Positions 18,412 through 35,000 of a stretch of DNA of 47,121 bases are shown here, piece by piece (within the stretch, counting starts at the first letter, position 1; every line of letters begins with the position of its first letter). The translations under genes were made by a program, and so were the position numbers. The DNA comes from Acidobacteriota bacterium. Its GTDB lineage: Bacteria; Patescibacteriota; Saccharimonadia; Saccharimonadales; Saccharimonadaceae. Below the pieces are notes generated by a model. The model had not been told where the DNA came from, made no database searches, and was given only the letters and a program-made list of their open reading frames with translations. The stretch spans positions 1-47,121 of the forward strand of contig JBLMYZ010000047.1 of the NCBI GenBank assembly GCA_050258575.1. The letters are read 5' to 3'.

Positions 18412-18725
18412 TAGTTTGTCTCCGTTTGCGGGGTTGTTGTGTCTGTGGTGCTCTGCGACTGGCTGCCCCGGTCTTTGATTGAACGTTGAAACATTGGTCC
18501 GTTGTCGCTCCACGCCCTGGTTGTGTCAGTATGTGCCTTCCCGACAAGATAGCCCATACCAAACCCGGCAAAAAACATCACCACAATAGCAACGATTGCT
18601 ACTATGAGCACGCTTTGGTTTTGTTTGACCGTCGTCGTCACGGATGCGGCGGGCGGGCTGGCCGGTGTCTGCGGCATTGCCACCGCTGTTTCCTTGGGTC
18701 CTTCGACTGCTTTCTTTGGCGTCAT
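18411..18725 (-). CDS. Small single-pass membrane protein
   Basis: One TM helix (VLIVAIVAIVVMFFAGFGMGYLV). The ATG at 18725 is preceded by AAGGAG. Confidence 0.5.
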   Translation of the reverse strand: MTPKKAVEGPKETAVAMPQTPASPPAASVTTTVKQNQSVLIVAIVAIVVMFFAGFGMGYLVGKAHTDTTRAWSDNGPMFQRSIKDRGSQSQSTTDTTTPQTETN

Positions 18726-18782
18726 ATATACTCCTTTTTTCATTATCGCAGCATACTATACAACGCTTTTCTGAAAAATGCC

Positions 18783-19850
18783 TTAAACCGTCGCGCGCTG
18801 CTCAGTCGCTGCGATATGGTCGGCTTTGGCGGCTTGGATTTGCCGGACAAACACCACGAGCCAGACAATAAATAACACGGCACTAATAAGTTCGAACATC
18901 GTAAACGAGATTCGTCCTTCAAACTGCCACATATAGTAGCTAAAAACCGCCAGCGCGGGCGCTAAAAAGGAAAAAATCGTGAAAATCCGCGTCACAGACG
19001 GCAGTAAAAACGGCGTGACTGACGCCAGCGCCAAGAATCCGACTGATGAGCCGTAACCAAATATCTGGTGAACCTGGTACGAAACATCAAACGGCACCAG
19101 CCCCACCCCGATCATCGCCCCGCCGATCACGACCAACAGACCGCGAATCACCGAAAACCGATACGGCCGCTCAATAACTCGCCCAGCCGTAATGTATTTG
19201 AGATCTTGCGTGAGGTAGTCGGCTAGCCCGACAATAAACACCCCGCTGAGGATCATCGTCAAATTGAACGCGTAGGCCGACGACGTCCCGCCGCTGCCGA
19301 GCGCGCTAAAATGAACCGACCACCAACCGTTGTCGCCAGCGGTGATCATACTCGCAAGCACGCCAGAGACAATAAACACCACAAGCGAACGCGCGAGCCG
19401 ATATGCGGTCAGGCTCGCTGCCGCCATATAGACCACGTAGTAGGTGGTAGCAGCGGCCGCAACGCCGATAACCACGATTGACACGCGGTCAAAAAAGATA
19501 TCGCCAATATAGTGCCCGACGAGGCTACCGAGCGCCGCAAACAACATAAACGCGATCGAGGCGTATACTACCGAAAACACACCGACCAGCACCCCGCGGC
19601 GCAGGCGAGCCAACTGCCGCCCCTCGATAACGATCTTTTGCGCCGAATCGCTGTAGCCGACAACAAACGCCGTCAACGCCACCGCGGCCGACACTAGTCC
19701 GCACAATACGCCCAGTTCGGCAACATCGGTCGTCAGTAGGTTTGTGTACAGCGACAGCGCCGGTAAAAACGCCGTAAAAACAACCGCAGCGAAAAAAGCC
19801 CCGACTAGTCCAAACGCCTCAATATCCTGCTGATACACGCGCCGTTTCAT
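18783..19850 (-). CDS. Polytopic integral membrane protein, function unknown
   Basis: About 10 hydrophobic helices. The ATG at 19850 lies 6 nt after a TATACT box. The ORF-track TTG at 19877 lies inside the fusA terminator. Confidence 0.65.
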   Translation of the reverse strand: MKRRVYQQDIEAFGLVGAFFAAVVFTAFLPALSLYTNLLTTDVAELGVLCGLVSAAVALTAFVVGYSDSAQKIVIEGRQLARLRRGVLVGVFSVVYASIAFMLFAALGSLVGHYIGDIFFDRVSIVVIGVAAAATTYYVVYMAAASLTAYRLARSLVVFIVSGVLASMITAGDNGWWSVHFSALGSGGTSSAYAFNLTMILSGVFIVGLADYLTQDLKYITAGRVIERPYRFSVIRGLLVVIGGAMIGVGLVPFDVSYQVHQIFGYGSSVGFLALASVTPFLLPSVTRIFTIFSFLAPALAVFSYYMWQFEGRISFTMFELISAVLFIVWLVVFVRQIQAAKADHIAATEQRATV

Positions 19851-19856
19851 GTCAAA

Positions 19857-19862
19857 AGTATA
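19857..19862 (-). promoter_or_regulatory. -10 box (TATACT) 6 nt upstream of the ATG at 19850
   Basis: Minus strand: TATACT tttgac ATG. Confidence 0.45.
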
Positions 19863-19875
19863 CGACCTTTCTGTC

Positions 19876-19910
19876 AAAAAATCACCCCAGGGTATTTCGG
19901 GGTGATTTTT
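19876..19910 (-). terminator. Intrinsic terminator after fusA
   Basis: Minus strand: AAAAATCACCCC-gaaataccct-GGGGTGATTTTTT. Confidence 0.8.
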
Positions 19911-19922
19911 GGTGCCGGGCGG

Positions 19923-22016
19923 CTATTTTGAACGTTTTTCGATAATCTCAGCCGCCACGTTCGGTGGTACTTCCACGTAGTCAGCAAGTTCCATAGTGCT
20001 GGCTGCGCGGCCCTGACTCATGCTGCGAATATCTGACGTATAGCCAAACATGTTCGCAAGCGGCACGAAAGCTTTGACAAGCTTGGCGCCGCCCATGAGA
20101 TCTTCCATCGCTTCGATCCGTCCGCGGCGCGAGTTTAGGTCGCCGATGATATCGCCCATAAACTCCTCTGGCGTCGTAACCTCTACCAGCATGACTGGCT
20201 CGAGAATAACCGGCCGCGCCTCTGGAATACCAGCTTTGGCCGCCAAAACACCAGCCAGTTTAAACGCCAGTTCGCTCGAGTCGACGTCGTGGTACGAGCC
20301 GTCATGTAGCGTGGCTTTGACACCGATAACCGGGTAGCCCGCCAAAATACCGCTCGACAAGGTTTCTTCGATACCAGCTTTGACCGCCGGGCGGTACTCT
20401 TGCGGCACGACACCGCCTTTGATCTCGTCAACAAACTCAAACCCTTCGCCGCTCTCGGTCGGCTCAAACTTCACCCACACATCGCCGTACTGGCCGCGAC
20501 CACCAGACTGTTTGGCATGTTTGCCCTGAACGTCCGATGTCCCGCGGATCGTTTCACGAAACGCCACTTGCGGTTCGCCGACGTTTGCCTCTACTTTGTA
20601 CTCGCGCTTCATGCGATCGATCAAGATGTCGAGGTGTAGCTCGCCCATGCCGGACATGATCGTCTGACCGGTTTCTTCGTCAGTGTGAATCCTAAACGTC
20701 GGGTCTTCTTCTGCCAAACGTTGCAGCGCGATACCCATTTTTTCCTGGTCGGCTTTACTCTTTGGCTCAACTGCGATCGACACCGGCGGTTCCGGGAACG
20801 AAATACTCTCTAGCGCAATCGGATGCGCTACGTCGCACAGGGTTGCGCCAGTCGTGATATCTTTCAGCCCAACAACAGCCGCAATATCACCAGCCGTGAT
20901 TTTGTCGATATCTTCACGCTTGTCGGCGTGCATACGCACGATACGTCCGACGCGCTCTTTTTCGCCAGTCATCGTGTTCAGAACGTAGCTACCGGCGTTC
21001 AGCGTCCCCGAGTACACGCGGATAAAAATCAGCTTCCCGACAAACGGATCACTCGCAATTTTAAACGCCAACGCACTCATTGGCTCGGCGTCTTCCGGTT
21101 TTCGGCCAATCTCGTCGCCAGTTTTTGGATTTTTGCCCCAGACTTCCCCGACGTCGATCGGGCTCGGCAGGTAGTCAACCATGATGTCGAGCAGTTTTTC
21201 GACGATCACGCCGCGACCATCGCCACCCGTCACCAGGAAAAAGTCTCCAGCAAGCACTCGCTTGCGCAGTGCGCTCTTGAGCTCGTCCTCGGAAATACTC
21301 TCCTCGCCCTCCTCGAGGAACCGCATCATCAGGTCGTCATCGGCCTCAACAGCGTTTTCAACTAGCAGACTGCGCGCATTTTTGGCTTTTTCCAGCATAT
21401 CAGCCGGAATCTCGCCTTGCACCAGCTCGTGGTCAGCGTAGTCAGTGTACGTGTAGGCCTTCATGTCGATCAGATCGATCACGCCATTGATCGTCTTTTC
21501 AAACCCGATCGGAATATGCACCGGAAAGGCATTTTTACTGAGGCGGTTATGGATACTTTCGAGCGATTTCCAAAAATCACCGCCAGTTTGGTTGATCTTG
21601 TTGATAAAACAGATACGCGGCACGCCGTATTTGTTCGCCTGGCGCCAGACCGTTTCAGACTGCGCCTCGACGCCCATTTTGCCGTCGAACACCGTCACTG
21701 CGCCGTCAAGCACGCGAAGTGAACGCTCTACCTCGGCTGTAAAATCGATATGACCCGGCGTGTCGATGATATTGATCTTGTGATCTTTCCAAAAACATGT
21801 CACCGCTGCGCTAGTGATAGTAATCCCGCGCTCTTTTTCCTGCGCCATCCAGTCGGTCGTGGCGCCGTCGCCGTCACCTTTGACTTCGCCGATTTTGTGC
21901 GTCAAACCCGTTCGGTACAAAATACCTTCGGTCGTTGTTGTCTTTCCCGCGTCAATATGCGCGATAATCCCGATATTTCGGAACTTGTTTAGGTCTGTAA
22001 TTTTTGGCGTTGCCAT
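19923..22016 (-). CDS. fusA: Elongation factor G
   Basis: [22 protein letters not shown] and full-length EF-G similarity. Confidence 0.99.
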   Translation of the reverse strand: MATPKITDLNKFRNIGIIAHIDAGKTTTTEGILYRTGLTHKIGEVKGDGDGATTDWMAQEKERGITITSAAVTCFWKDHKINIIDTPGHIDFTAEVERSLRVLDGAVTVFDGKMGVEAQSETVWRQANKYGVPRICFINKINQTGGDFWKSLESIHNRLSKNAFPVHIPIGFEKTINGVIDLIDMKAYTYTDYADHELVQGEIPADMLEKAKNARSLLVENAVEADDDLMMRFLEEGEESISEDELKSALRKRVLAGDFFLVTGGDGRGVIVEKLLDIMVDYLPSPIDVGEVWGKNPKTGDEIGRKPEDAEPMSALAFKIASDPFVGKLIFIRVYSGTLNAGSYVLNTMTGEKERVGRIVRMHADKREDIDKITAGDIAAVVGLKDITTGATLCDVAHPIALESISFPEPPVSIAVEPKSKADQEKMGIALQRLAEEDPTFRIHTDEETGQTIMSGMGELHLDILIDRMKREYKVEANVGEPQVAFRETIRGTSDVQGKHAKQSGGRGQYGDVWVKFEPTESGEGFEFVDEIKGGVVPQEYRPAVKAGIEETLSSGILAGYPVIGVKATLHDGSYHDVDSSELAFKLAGVLAAKAGIPEARPVILEPVMLVEVTTPEEFMGDIIGDLNSRRGRIEAMEDLMGGAKLVKAFVPLANMFGYTSDIRSMSQGRAASTMELADYVEVPPNVAAEIIEKRSK

Positions 22017-22075
22017 ACGTTCGCTCTGCTTCCTCGTTTAACGTTATATGTCGCCCTGAGGCGCTATTGGTAACT

Positions 22076-22103
22076 ATTATAACAGATACGAACTCGTCTG
22101 CAA
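22076..22103 (-). promoter_or_regulatory. Sigma70-type promoter for fusA
   Basis: Minus strand: TTGCAG (22103-22098), 16 nt, TATAAT (22081-22076). Confidence 0.55.
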
Positions 22104-22211
22104 ACTTATTCGCCTAAAAGATCGTCCTCGCTGACGTAGGTTCTTCCATCTTTCATTCATGCTCGTCACTTCGTTTCATCACTCTTAGTTATACGCCAAC
22201 CTTAAAAGACC

Positions 22212-22243
22212 AAAAAACCGCCGTGTTGTGCGGCGGCTTTTTT
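22212..22243 (-). terminator. Strong (symmetric) intrinsic terminator after rpsG
   Basis: AAAAAA-CCGCCG-tgttgtg-CGGCGG-cTTTTTT. Confidence 0.8.
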
Positions 22244-22255
22244 CGAGCTATCACC

Positions 22256-22735
22256 CTAGCCCCGTGCAAAGTGCGCAAAAGCGCGGTTGGCCTCGGCCAT
22301 GCGGTGGGTGTCTTCTTTCTTCTTGAAAGCGTTGCCAGCTTCGTTGTAGGCGTCGACAATCTCGGCTGCAAGCCGCTCGTTGTACGGCATGCCGTTGCGG
22401 CCGCGAGCACCTTCGACGAGCCACATGAACGCATAGTGGTGCGCTCGGTGTCCCTGAACTGGGAACGGAATCTGGTAGTTTGCGCCGCCGACGCGCCGGC
22501 TTTTGACTTCAAAGTTTGGAGTGATGTTTTTGAGCGCTTTTTCAAACACTTCGAGAGGTTCTTCGCTCTTTAGTTTTTTAGCAGCAATCTCAAGCGCGCT
22601 GTACACGGCCCGTTCTGCAACCAGTTTCTTGCCGTCCAGCATGCTTTTGTTGATCAGGCGCTGGACGAGCGTTGACTGATATTTGCGGTCTGGTTGTAGC
22701 TGACGCTGTAGTTTCTTGGTGACTTTACGAGGCAT
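22256..22735 (-). CDS. rpsG: 30S ribosomal protein S7
   Basis: MPRKVTKK...PDRKYQS.LV.RLIN..M.DGKK..AE... The ATG at 22735 lies 1 nt after the rpsL stop. The ORF-track N-extension is rejected. Confidence 0.97.
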   Translation of the reverse strand: MPRKVTKKLQRQLQPDRKYQSTLVQRLINKSMLDGKKLVAERAVYSALEIAAKKLKSEEPLEVFEKALKNITPNFEVKSRRVGGANYQIPFPVQGHRAHHYAFMWLVEGARGRNGMPYNERLAAEIVDAYNEAGNAFKKKEDTHRMAEANRAFAHFARG

Positions 22736-22736
22736 A

Positions 22737-23150
22737 TTACTTGTCTCCCTTCTTCGAACCGTACTTGCTGCGGCCCTGTTTGCGGTTGTTGACACCCTGA
22801 AGGTCGAGCGCACCGCGGACAATATGGTAGCGCACACCAGGCAAGTCCGGCACGCGACCACCGCGAACCAGTACCACAGCGTGCTCCTGGAGGTTGTGTC
22901 CTTCGCCACCGATGTATGCCCAGACTTCCTGACCGTTTGTCAGACGCACGCGAGCAACTTTACGAAGGGCGGAGTTTGGTTTCTTCGGTGTCTTGGTCGT
23001 TACTTTTATACACACACCTCGCTTGAGTGGCGCGTTCAGCTCATAGTAACGTGTTTTGAGCGCGTTGTGAATAGTTCCAAGCGCCGGCGATTTCGACTTT
23101 TTCGCTGTCGTTTTACGCGGTTTGCGAACCAGTTGGTTGATTGTTGGCAT
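22737..23150 (-). CDS. rpsL: 30S ribosomal protein S12
   Basis: [13 protein letters not shown]...[49 protein letters not shown]. Confidence 0.99.
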   Translation of the reverse strand: MPTINQLVRKPRKTTAKKSKSPALGTIHNALKTRYYELNAPLKRGVCIKVTTKTPKKPNSALRKVARVRLTNGQEVWAYIGGEGHNLQEHAVVLVRGGRVPDLPGVRYHIVRGALDLQGVNNRKQGRSKYGSKKGDK

Positions 23151-23311
23151 CGTCTCTCCTTACGTTAAAAATTATGCCGATATCATAGCCGAGGCATCAG
23201 ATATCAGTCTTTTGTTTCACGAACGAGGCAGCAACCCTGTTCGCAGTTCTTTCAAACGTTCAAAAGGTGTACACGTTCTCTTGAAGGTCTAAAAGTGAAA
23301 CTCTGAGAGGT

Positions 23312-23340
23312 AGTATAACAAAAACTAACCATCTTGTCTA
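23312..23340 (-). promoter_or_regulatory. Sigma70-type promoter for rpsL-rpsG
   Basis: Minus strand: TAGACA (23340-23335), 17 nt, TGtTATACT (-10 at 23317-23312). The leader is about 155 nt. Confidence 0.5.
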
Positions 23341-23402
23341 GCTACACCTCTGACCTACAGAGACCGCCCGGGTAGGCGGTTTCTGTGAAGACAGTGCCTC
23401 GC

Positions 23403-23639
23403 CTAGTGCTCAAAATTCGGGAGAACAATTACTCCTGAGACACCAGTCTTTGCTAAGCCGTCACGTGCACTCGGCGTCGATTCGAAAAAGTCTGTAGGAG
23501 GATGTTCTTTCGAATCTTGCAACATCTCAGGAAGAACCGAATCATCCGAATCAAGGTTATATCTATCTGCTCCTACAATAGGGGGAAGGTTAACCGAATT
23601 GCAGTCAAAATCTAAATTGTTGGGTCGTCTTATATCCAT
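23403..23639 (-). CDS. Orphan small acidic protein (78 aa)
   Basis: ORF in a lower-GC patch between rpoC and rpsL. The ATG at 23639 lies exactly 6 nt after TGcTACTAT. The ORF-track start at 23681 lies inside the rpoC terminator. Confidence 0.5.
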   Translation of the reverse strand: MDIRRPNNLDFDCNSVNLPPIVGADRYNLDSDDSVLPEMLQDSKEHPPTDFFESTPSARDGLAKTGVSGVIVLPNFEH

Positions 23640-23645
23640 ACCCTT

Positions 23646-23654
23646 ATAGTAGCA
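23646..23654 (-). promoter_or_regulatory. Extended -10 (TGcTACTAT) 6 nt upstream of the ATG at 23639
   Basis: Minus strand: TGC TACTAT aagggt ATG. Confidence 0.45.
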
Positions 23655-23660
23655 CACTTT

Positions 23661-23699
23661 GTTTAAAAAGTCAAAGACCACTCCAGAAAGTGGTCTTTG
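23661..23699 (-). terminator. Intrinsic terminator after rpoC
   Basis: Minus strand: CAAAGACCACT-ttctgg-AGTGGTCTTTG followed by ACTTTTTAAAC. Confidence 0.7.
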
Positions 23700-23717
23700 C
23701 TTCTCCGTAGCGGCTGA

Positions 23718-27533
<3,816 letters not shown>

Positions 27534-27536
27534 ACC

Positions 27537-30908
<3,372 letters not shown>

Positions 30909-31100
30909 AAAGCCTCCTTTTGCCCGCTCCTCTCCTATTCGCGATGTAGGACAGAAACCGGCGGGTTGTTAGTGATATCGTCTGGCGCCGAAGTTCACTA
31001 GTTTGTCGGGAAAGGACTCTCGCTAGTCCAAACACGCAAAAACGCCTCGCCATGGCGTGCGTGTAGAGTAACCCGATACTATACAATCTTCATTGCTCTC

Positions 31101-31130
31101 AGTGTACGACTTTTACCTCAAACTTGTCAA
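31101..31130 (-). promoter_or_regulatory. Sigma70-type promoter for rpoBC
   Basis: Minus strand: TTGACA (31130-31125), 18 nt, TACACT (31106-31101). The leader is about 190 nt and contains ACGCC-atggcga-GGCGT-TTTT. Confidence 0.55.
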
Positions 31131-31158
31131 GGCTTTTCGGGGAGTTTTCCACAGGAAT

Positions 31159-31187
31159 GTTAGTAAGTTAGTAAGTTGGTAAGTAAG
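31159..31187. repeat. Short tandem repeat of 8 bp, about 3.6 units
   Basis: GTTAGTAA GTTAGTAA GTTGGTAA GTAAG. Confidence 0.9.
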
Positions 31188-31250
31188 CACCAGTAGCTTT
31201 CTTCAATCTTTCTCTATTCTCTGTGATTTTCTCAGCTCTCAGATCTCAGG

Positions 31251-31298
31251 TCTTTCACTCTCCCGTTCTTTCGATCTCTCGATCTTTCGCTCTCCCAC
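31251..31298. repeat. Three tandem 16-bp repeats within a ~100-bp polypyrimidine (plus-strand) tract
   Basis: TCTTTCACTCTCCCGT / TCTTTCGATCTCTCGA / TCTTTCGCTCTCCCAC. On the transcribed minus strand these read G(G)GAGAG-N-GAAAGA, directly after the clpP stop. Confidence 0.9.
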
Positions 31299-31299
31299 T

Positions 31300-31887
31300 C
31301 TACCCCCTCACCACCCTATCCACTAACCCGTACTTCACCGCTTCCTCGGCGTTCATCCAGTAGTCGCGTTCCATGTCCCCTTTGACTTTGGCGAGTTTTT
31401 GACCAGTATTTTTAGCAGTTATCTCGGCGAGTAGGGTCTTGAGCCGCATCGCCTCGCGAAGTGAGATCTCCTGATCGGTCACTTTGCCCTTCGTCCCGCT
31501 GCTCGGCTGGTGGATCATAACTCGAGCGTTTGGCAGCAAAAACCGTTTGCCTTTCGCGCCAGAGCTGAGCAAAAACGCACCCATACTCGCCTGCAGCCCG
31601 ATTCCGTAAGTCGCCACATCCGGTTTGATAAACTGCATTGTGTCATAGATCGCAAGACCGTCATACACACTACCGCCGGGACTGTTTATATACAACGAAA
31701 TATCGGCCTTCGGATCCTCGTACGCCAGATGCAACAGCTGCGCCACCACGATATTTGCCGTCTGCTCGTTGACCTCTTCTCCGAGAAATACAATCCTTTC
31801 TTTGAGCAACCGTGAGTAAATATCATACGCTCGCTCGCCCTCATAACTTTTTTCTACCACAGTCGGGACCAAATAACTTTTCACCAC
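31300..31887 (-). CDS. clpP: ATP-dependent Clp protease proteolytic subunit
   Basis: [25 protein letters not shown]...[26 protein letters not shown]. Confidence 0.98.
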   Translation of the reverse strand: MVKSYLVPTVVEKSYEGERAYDIYSRLLKERIVFLGEEVNEQTANIVVAQLLHLAYEDPKADISLYINSPGGSVYDGLAIYDTMQFIKPDVATYGIGLQASMGAFLLSSGAKGKRFLLPNARVMIHQPSSGTKGKVTDQEISLREAMRLKTLLAEITAKNTGQKLAKVKGDMERDYWMNAEEAVKYGLVDRVVRG

Positions 31888-31920
31888 ACAACCTCCTTCG
31901 GTTACTAGTCATCATACACC

Positions 31921-31954
31921 AAAACTAGCACTCGCGCAACATGAGTGCTAGTTT
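31921..31954 (-). terminator. Hairpin terminator after the large surface-protein gene
   Basis: AAAACTAGCACTC-gcgcaacat-GAGTGCTAGTTT. The stem is 9+ bp and flanked by A/T runs. Confidence 0.6.
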
Positions 31955-32070
31955 CATTTTTGTGACGGCCCTTCAACTTTTGTTACAGTTTTTGGACGAT
32001 AAAAGTTGTAGAACCGGGACATGACTCGAGTGCCTCGAGTGGGTTGAGATCAAGCGGTAGTCGGCACTAG

Positions 32071-35000
32071 CTATAGTTGTGTCGCCGTCACTGTCATACC
32101 TATAGTATATGTGCCGCTCGGCTGGGCTTTTGGTATCGTCTGCGTGAGAGTCACTCCCGTCAAGTCCCAGTTGCAGTACATAGCGGCTGCGCTAGTGGCG
32201 TTCATCAGTGTAACACTGTTAACTGTTCCCTCGACGAAGTTTCCAGAACTACCCAGCGCCACACCGGTGAGAGGACAGGATGAGGCAATCGCGCCAGTCG
32301 TAGGGTTGCTACTCAGTTGACCGCCGTACCCGTCGGTATCTATACCCGAGTCAGTTGCGTTTGCACCAGAGTCGTTAAAGTCATATTTGGCGCTCGAGTC
32401 AGATTTGTTCCATAGCGCTGTCGCACCGTCCGTCGGAGAAAGTGTCAAGTTCCAACCATTTGTCGCTAGTCCGTTGTAAACACGGATCTTTTTTGTTGCC
32501 GTCCCAAAAGTTGAGCTAGTTGACTGATATACCGATGTGTCAACGACACTGCCAACAAAGTCATATGTCGGATTTGCCAACACCGTGTTTGTCCCGTCCA
32601 CAAAGTCAACTGACAACACTCTCGCTGGAACAGTCAGCTCTGGTATGACAGAATACGCTTCGAGCGGCGTACCAGTGTTGTATACCATGCGAAAACAGTA
32701 CGTTCCTGAGGTTGCGTTGTTGTCTTTCAACGCAAAGTCCCAGAGCCCATCACTCCCAGTTGCTACCGCTCCTACCACTGCTGTCGGGTTGGTTTCGTTG
32801 TACTCCTGCATGATGTTCGTGTGTCCTGCATGGATCGGGTCGTTTGCGTTGGCTGTAGCGATATTGCCGTCGACAGCTGCTGTGTTGTTGTAGTAGGCAA
32901 TCCCCGACGTGGTCGTTACATCGGCGTATGTTTCTCCGTTAAAGCTAGTGTCGCACAGCCCGTCTGCCCCGCGAGTCGCAAACTGCAGCTTCAAACTCGC
33001 TGAAGAGAGGGTACTGTTTGTCACGTGCTGCGCCACCCGCAGGCGAAACGGCACACCACTCGCCGGAGCGTTCGTTACACTGTTCTGAGCCGCACCACCC
33101 AGAGGTGCTCCAACATCGACCACTGCCGCCTCGCCCACAATAGTGGTGGGTGTTAAAGTGATAGTCGCATGCGTTCCGGTGATACTAGCTGTTGTATTGC
33201 CCGGCGTCGTCGACGCAGTTGACGAGAGTGCGGCAGTCGATGTTCCTGAGGTGGTTGTCACACCGCCATCTGCACAGATACTACAGTTATATATTTGTCC
33301 GGTAGATGTATACCGCGACACTTCGAGTTTTGTGGCACTGCCTGAGTCGGTCGCTACGACTAAAGTTCCGTCGGTCAGCTGTGCGACAGACACACCGCCA
33401 TATCCAAGCGTTGGGTTTGGCGAGGTATACTGAGTATCCCAGACCAGTACTCCCGAGCTATTGAGCTTGGCTATGATTAGCTTGTTAGCATTCATAGAGT
33501 CTGCGACAACATACCCGCCGTCTGAGGTCATGACACCTCTTCCGGGCGCCGTCATAGTATTCAAAAGAGTTCGCCATACCGACGTCCAGCTACTGCCGTA
33601 TTTGGCAACGATCCCTTCACCCTGAACGAGAAACCCGCCGTCGGAGGTTTCATGAATGTCTCTGACCTCTCCCATAGACGACAATATATAAGCCCACTGC
33701 TGCGCGCCAGCCGAAGTATATTTGACCACATAGCCGACAGAACTAGCGAAACCACCGATGTAAAAACCCCCATCTGAAGCACTGTCGACAGCACTCACGG
33801 CTGCGCTCTCCGGCCACTCACGACTCCACTGAAATGTTCCAGATGCGTTATATTTGACGACTGCTGCATAGCTGTTGATGTCCTGAGTACTCCTGCCGCC
33901 AACAACGATGCTGCCATCGGTTAGTTCTGCAACACTGGAGCCGCTTGCCCCACCAGCCGACGCATTGTTTTTCCAAACACGACTCCATGACAAAGCACCG
34001 GAAGAGTCATATTTTACGAGAAGCAGTTGAGAATTCGTAGTACCAACCGCAACATACCCGCCGTCTGAGGTTGCTGTAACGTCATTGAATGTAGTGTTGC
34101 TAGCACCATATGTCCATCTGCGCATCCACGTCACTGTCCCATTGGCAGCATGTTTACTGATATACCCTCGTTTCTGAGTACTGACCAATATATCCCCAGC
34201 AGTCACATACCCGCCGTCACTCGTTGGGCGCACCGCGTATCTTTTCATATTAGTAAACCCTGTACTCGCAAAACTCTTTATATACGTTGAACTTGTAGTA
34301 GCGTCCTGGTTTTCAAACCAACGGTAAGCAGTCTGGCTGAGCGCGGGCGGAGTTCCCGGCGTCAGGGCAATCGTCACCCCGACGCTTTTGTACGAAGAAC
34401 CTGTCATTGTCTTTGTGCCTGACGCGCCGGCCGTTGACTGGACCACGTCTTGAGCTGCTGTTGGAACACCAGAGGCTTCATACACCCTTCTCGTCATACC
34501 GCTGCCGGCGGTCATATCTGTATAACCCGACACGCCGTAGGTTGCTACAACGAGCGCGTTCGCTGCCGTCGTAGTCACTGATGGGGCGGTGTATGTCATA
34601 CTGGCAGACGGATTTCTCTGCACCGCGCTGGTCATAACAGGGCTTGTTGTATCCACTCCAGAGTACGCCACGATACTCGCCGATGCATACACAGACCCCG
34701 TCCATGAGAACGTATATGATGTTTCACCCGGCGAGAAAAACTTGCCAAAAGTACGAAAAACCACGTCAAAGTTGAAAGGGCCTGTGGTATCATCCTGTAT
34801 ATTCGTCCAACCATCATCTGGATCTGGCATAAAATCAGACGTGGTATTTTTGATTGCCACAGAAGCAATCATGTAGTGTCCGCTCTGGACGCCTGTTGGC
34901 GCAGCGACGGTTATACTCGTACCTTGGGCCGACAGCGAGGACGAAGACGCCCCTACAAACCCTATCGCCGCCTGAGCTGGGCGGGTGATCCAGCTCGAGA

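Noticed and set aside
22256-22909. Long N-terminal extensions in the ORF track for rpsG (also rplM 38064, rpsI 37577, rpsE 46075, rluD 11119, holB 10187)
   Set aside because: The extensions overlap the upstream gene. The conserved protein N-termini begin at internal ATGs that abut or overlap the preceding stop codon.
32018-32040. Direct repeat CACTCGAG-G-CACTCGAG downstream of the surface-protein gene
   Set aside because: It is a short, single occurrence with no flanking structure, and is probably fortuitous.
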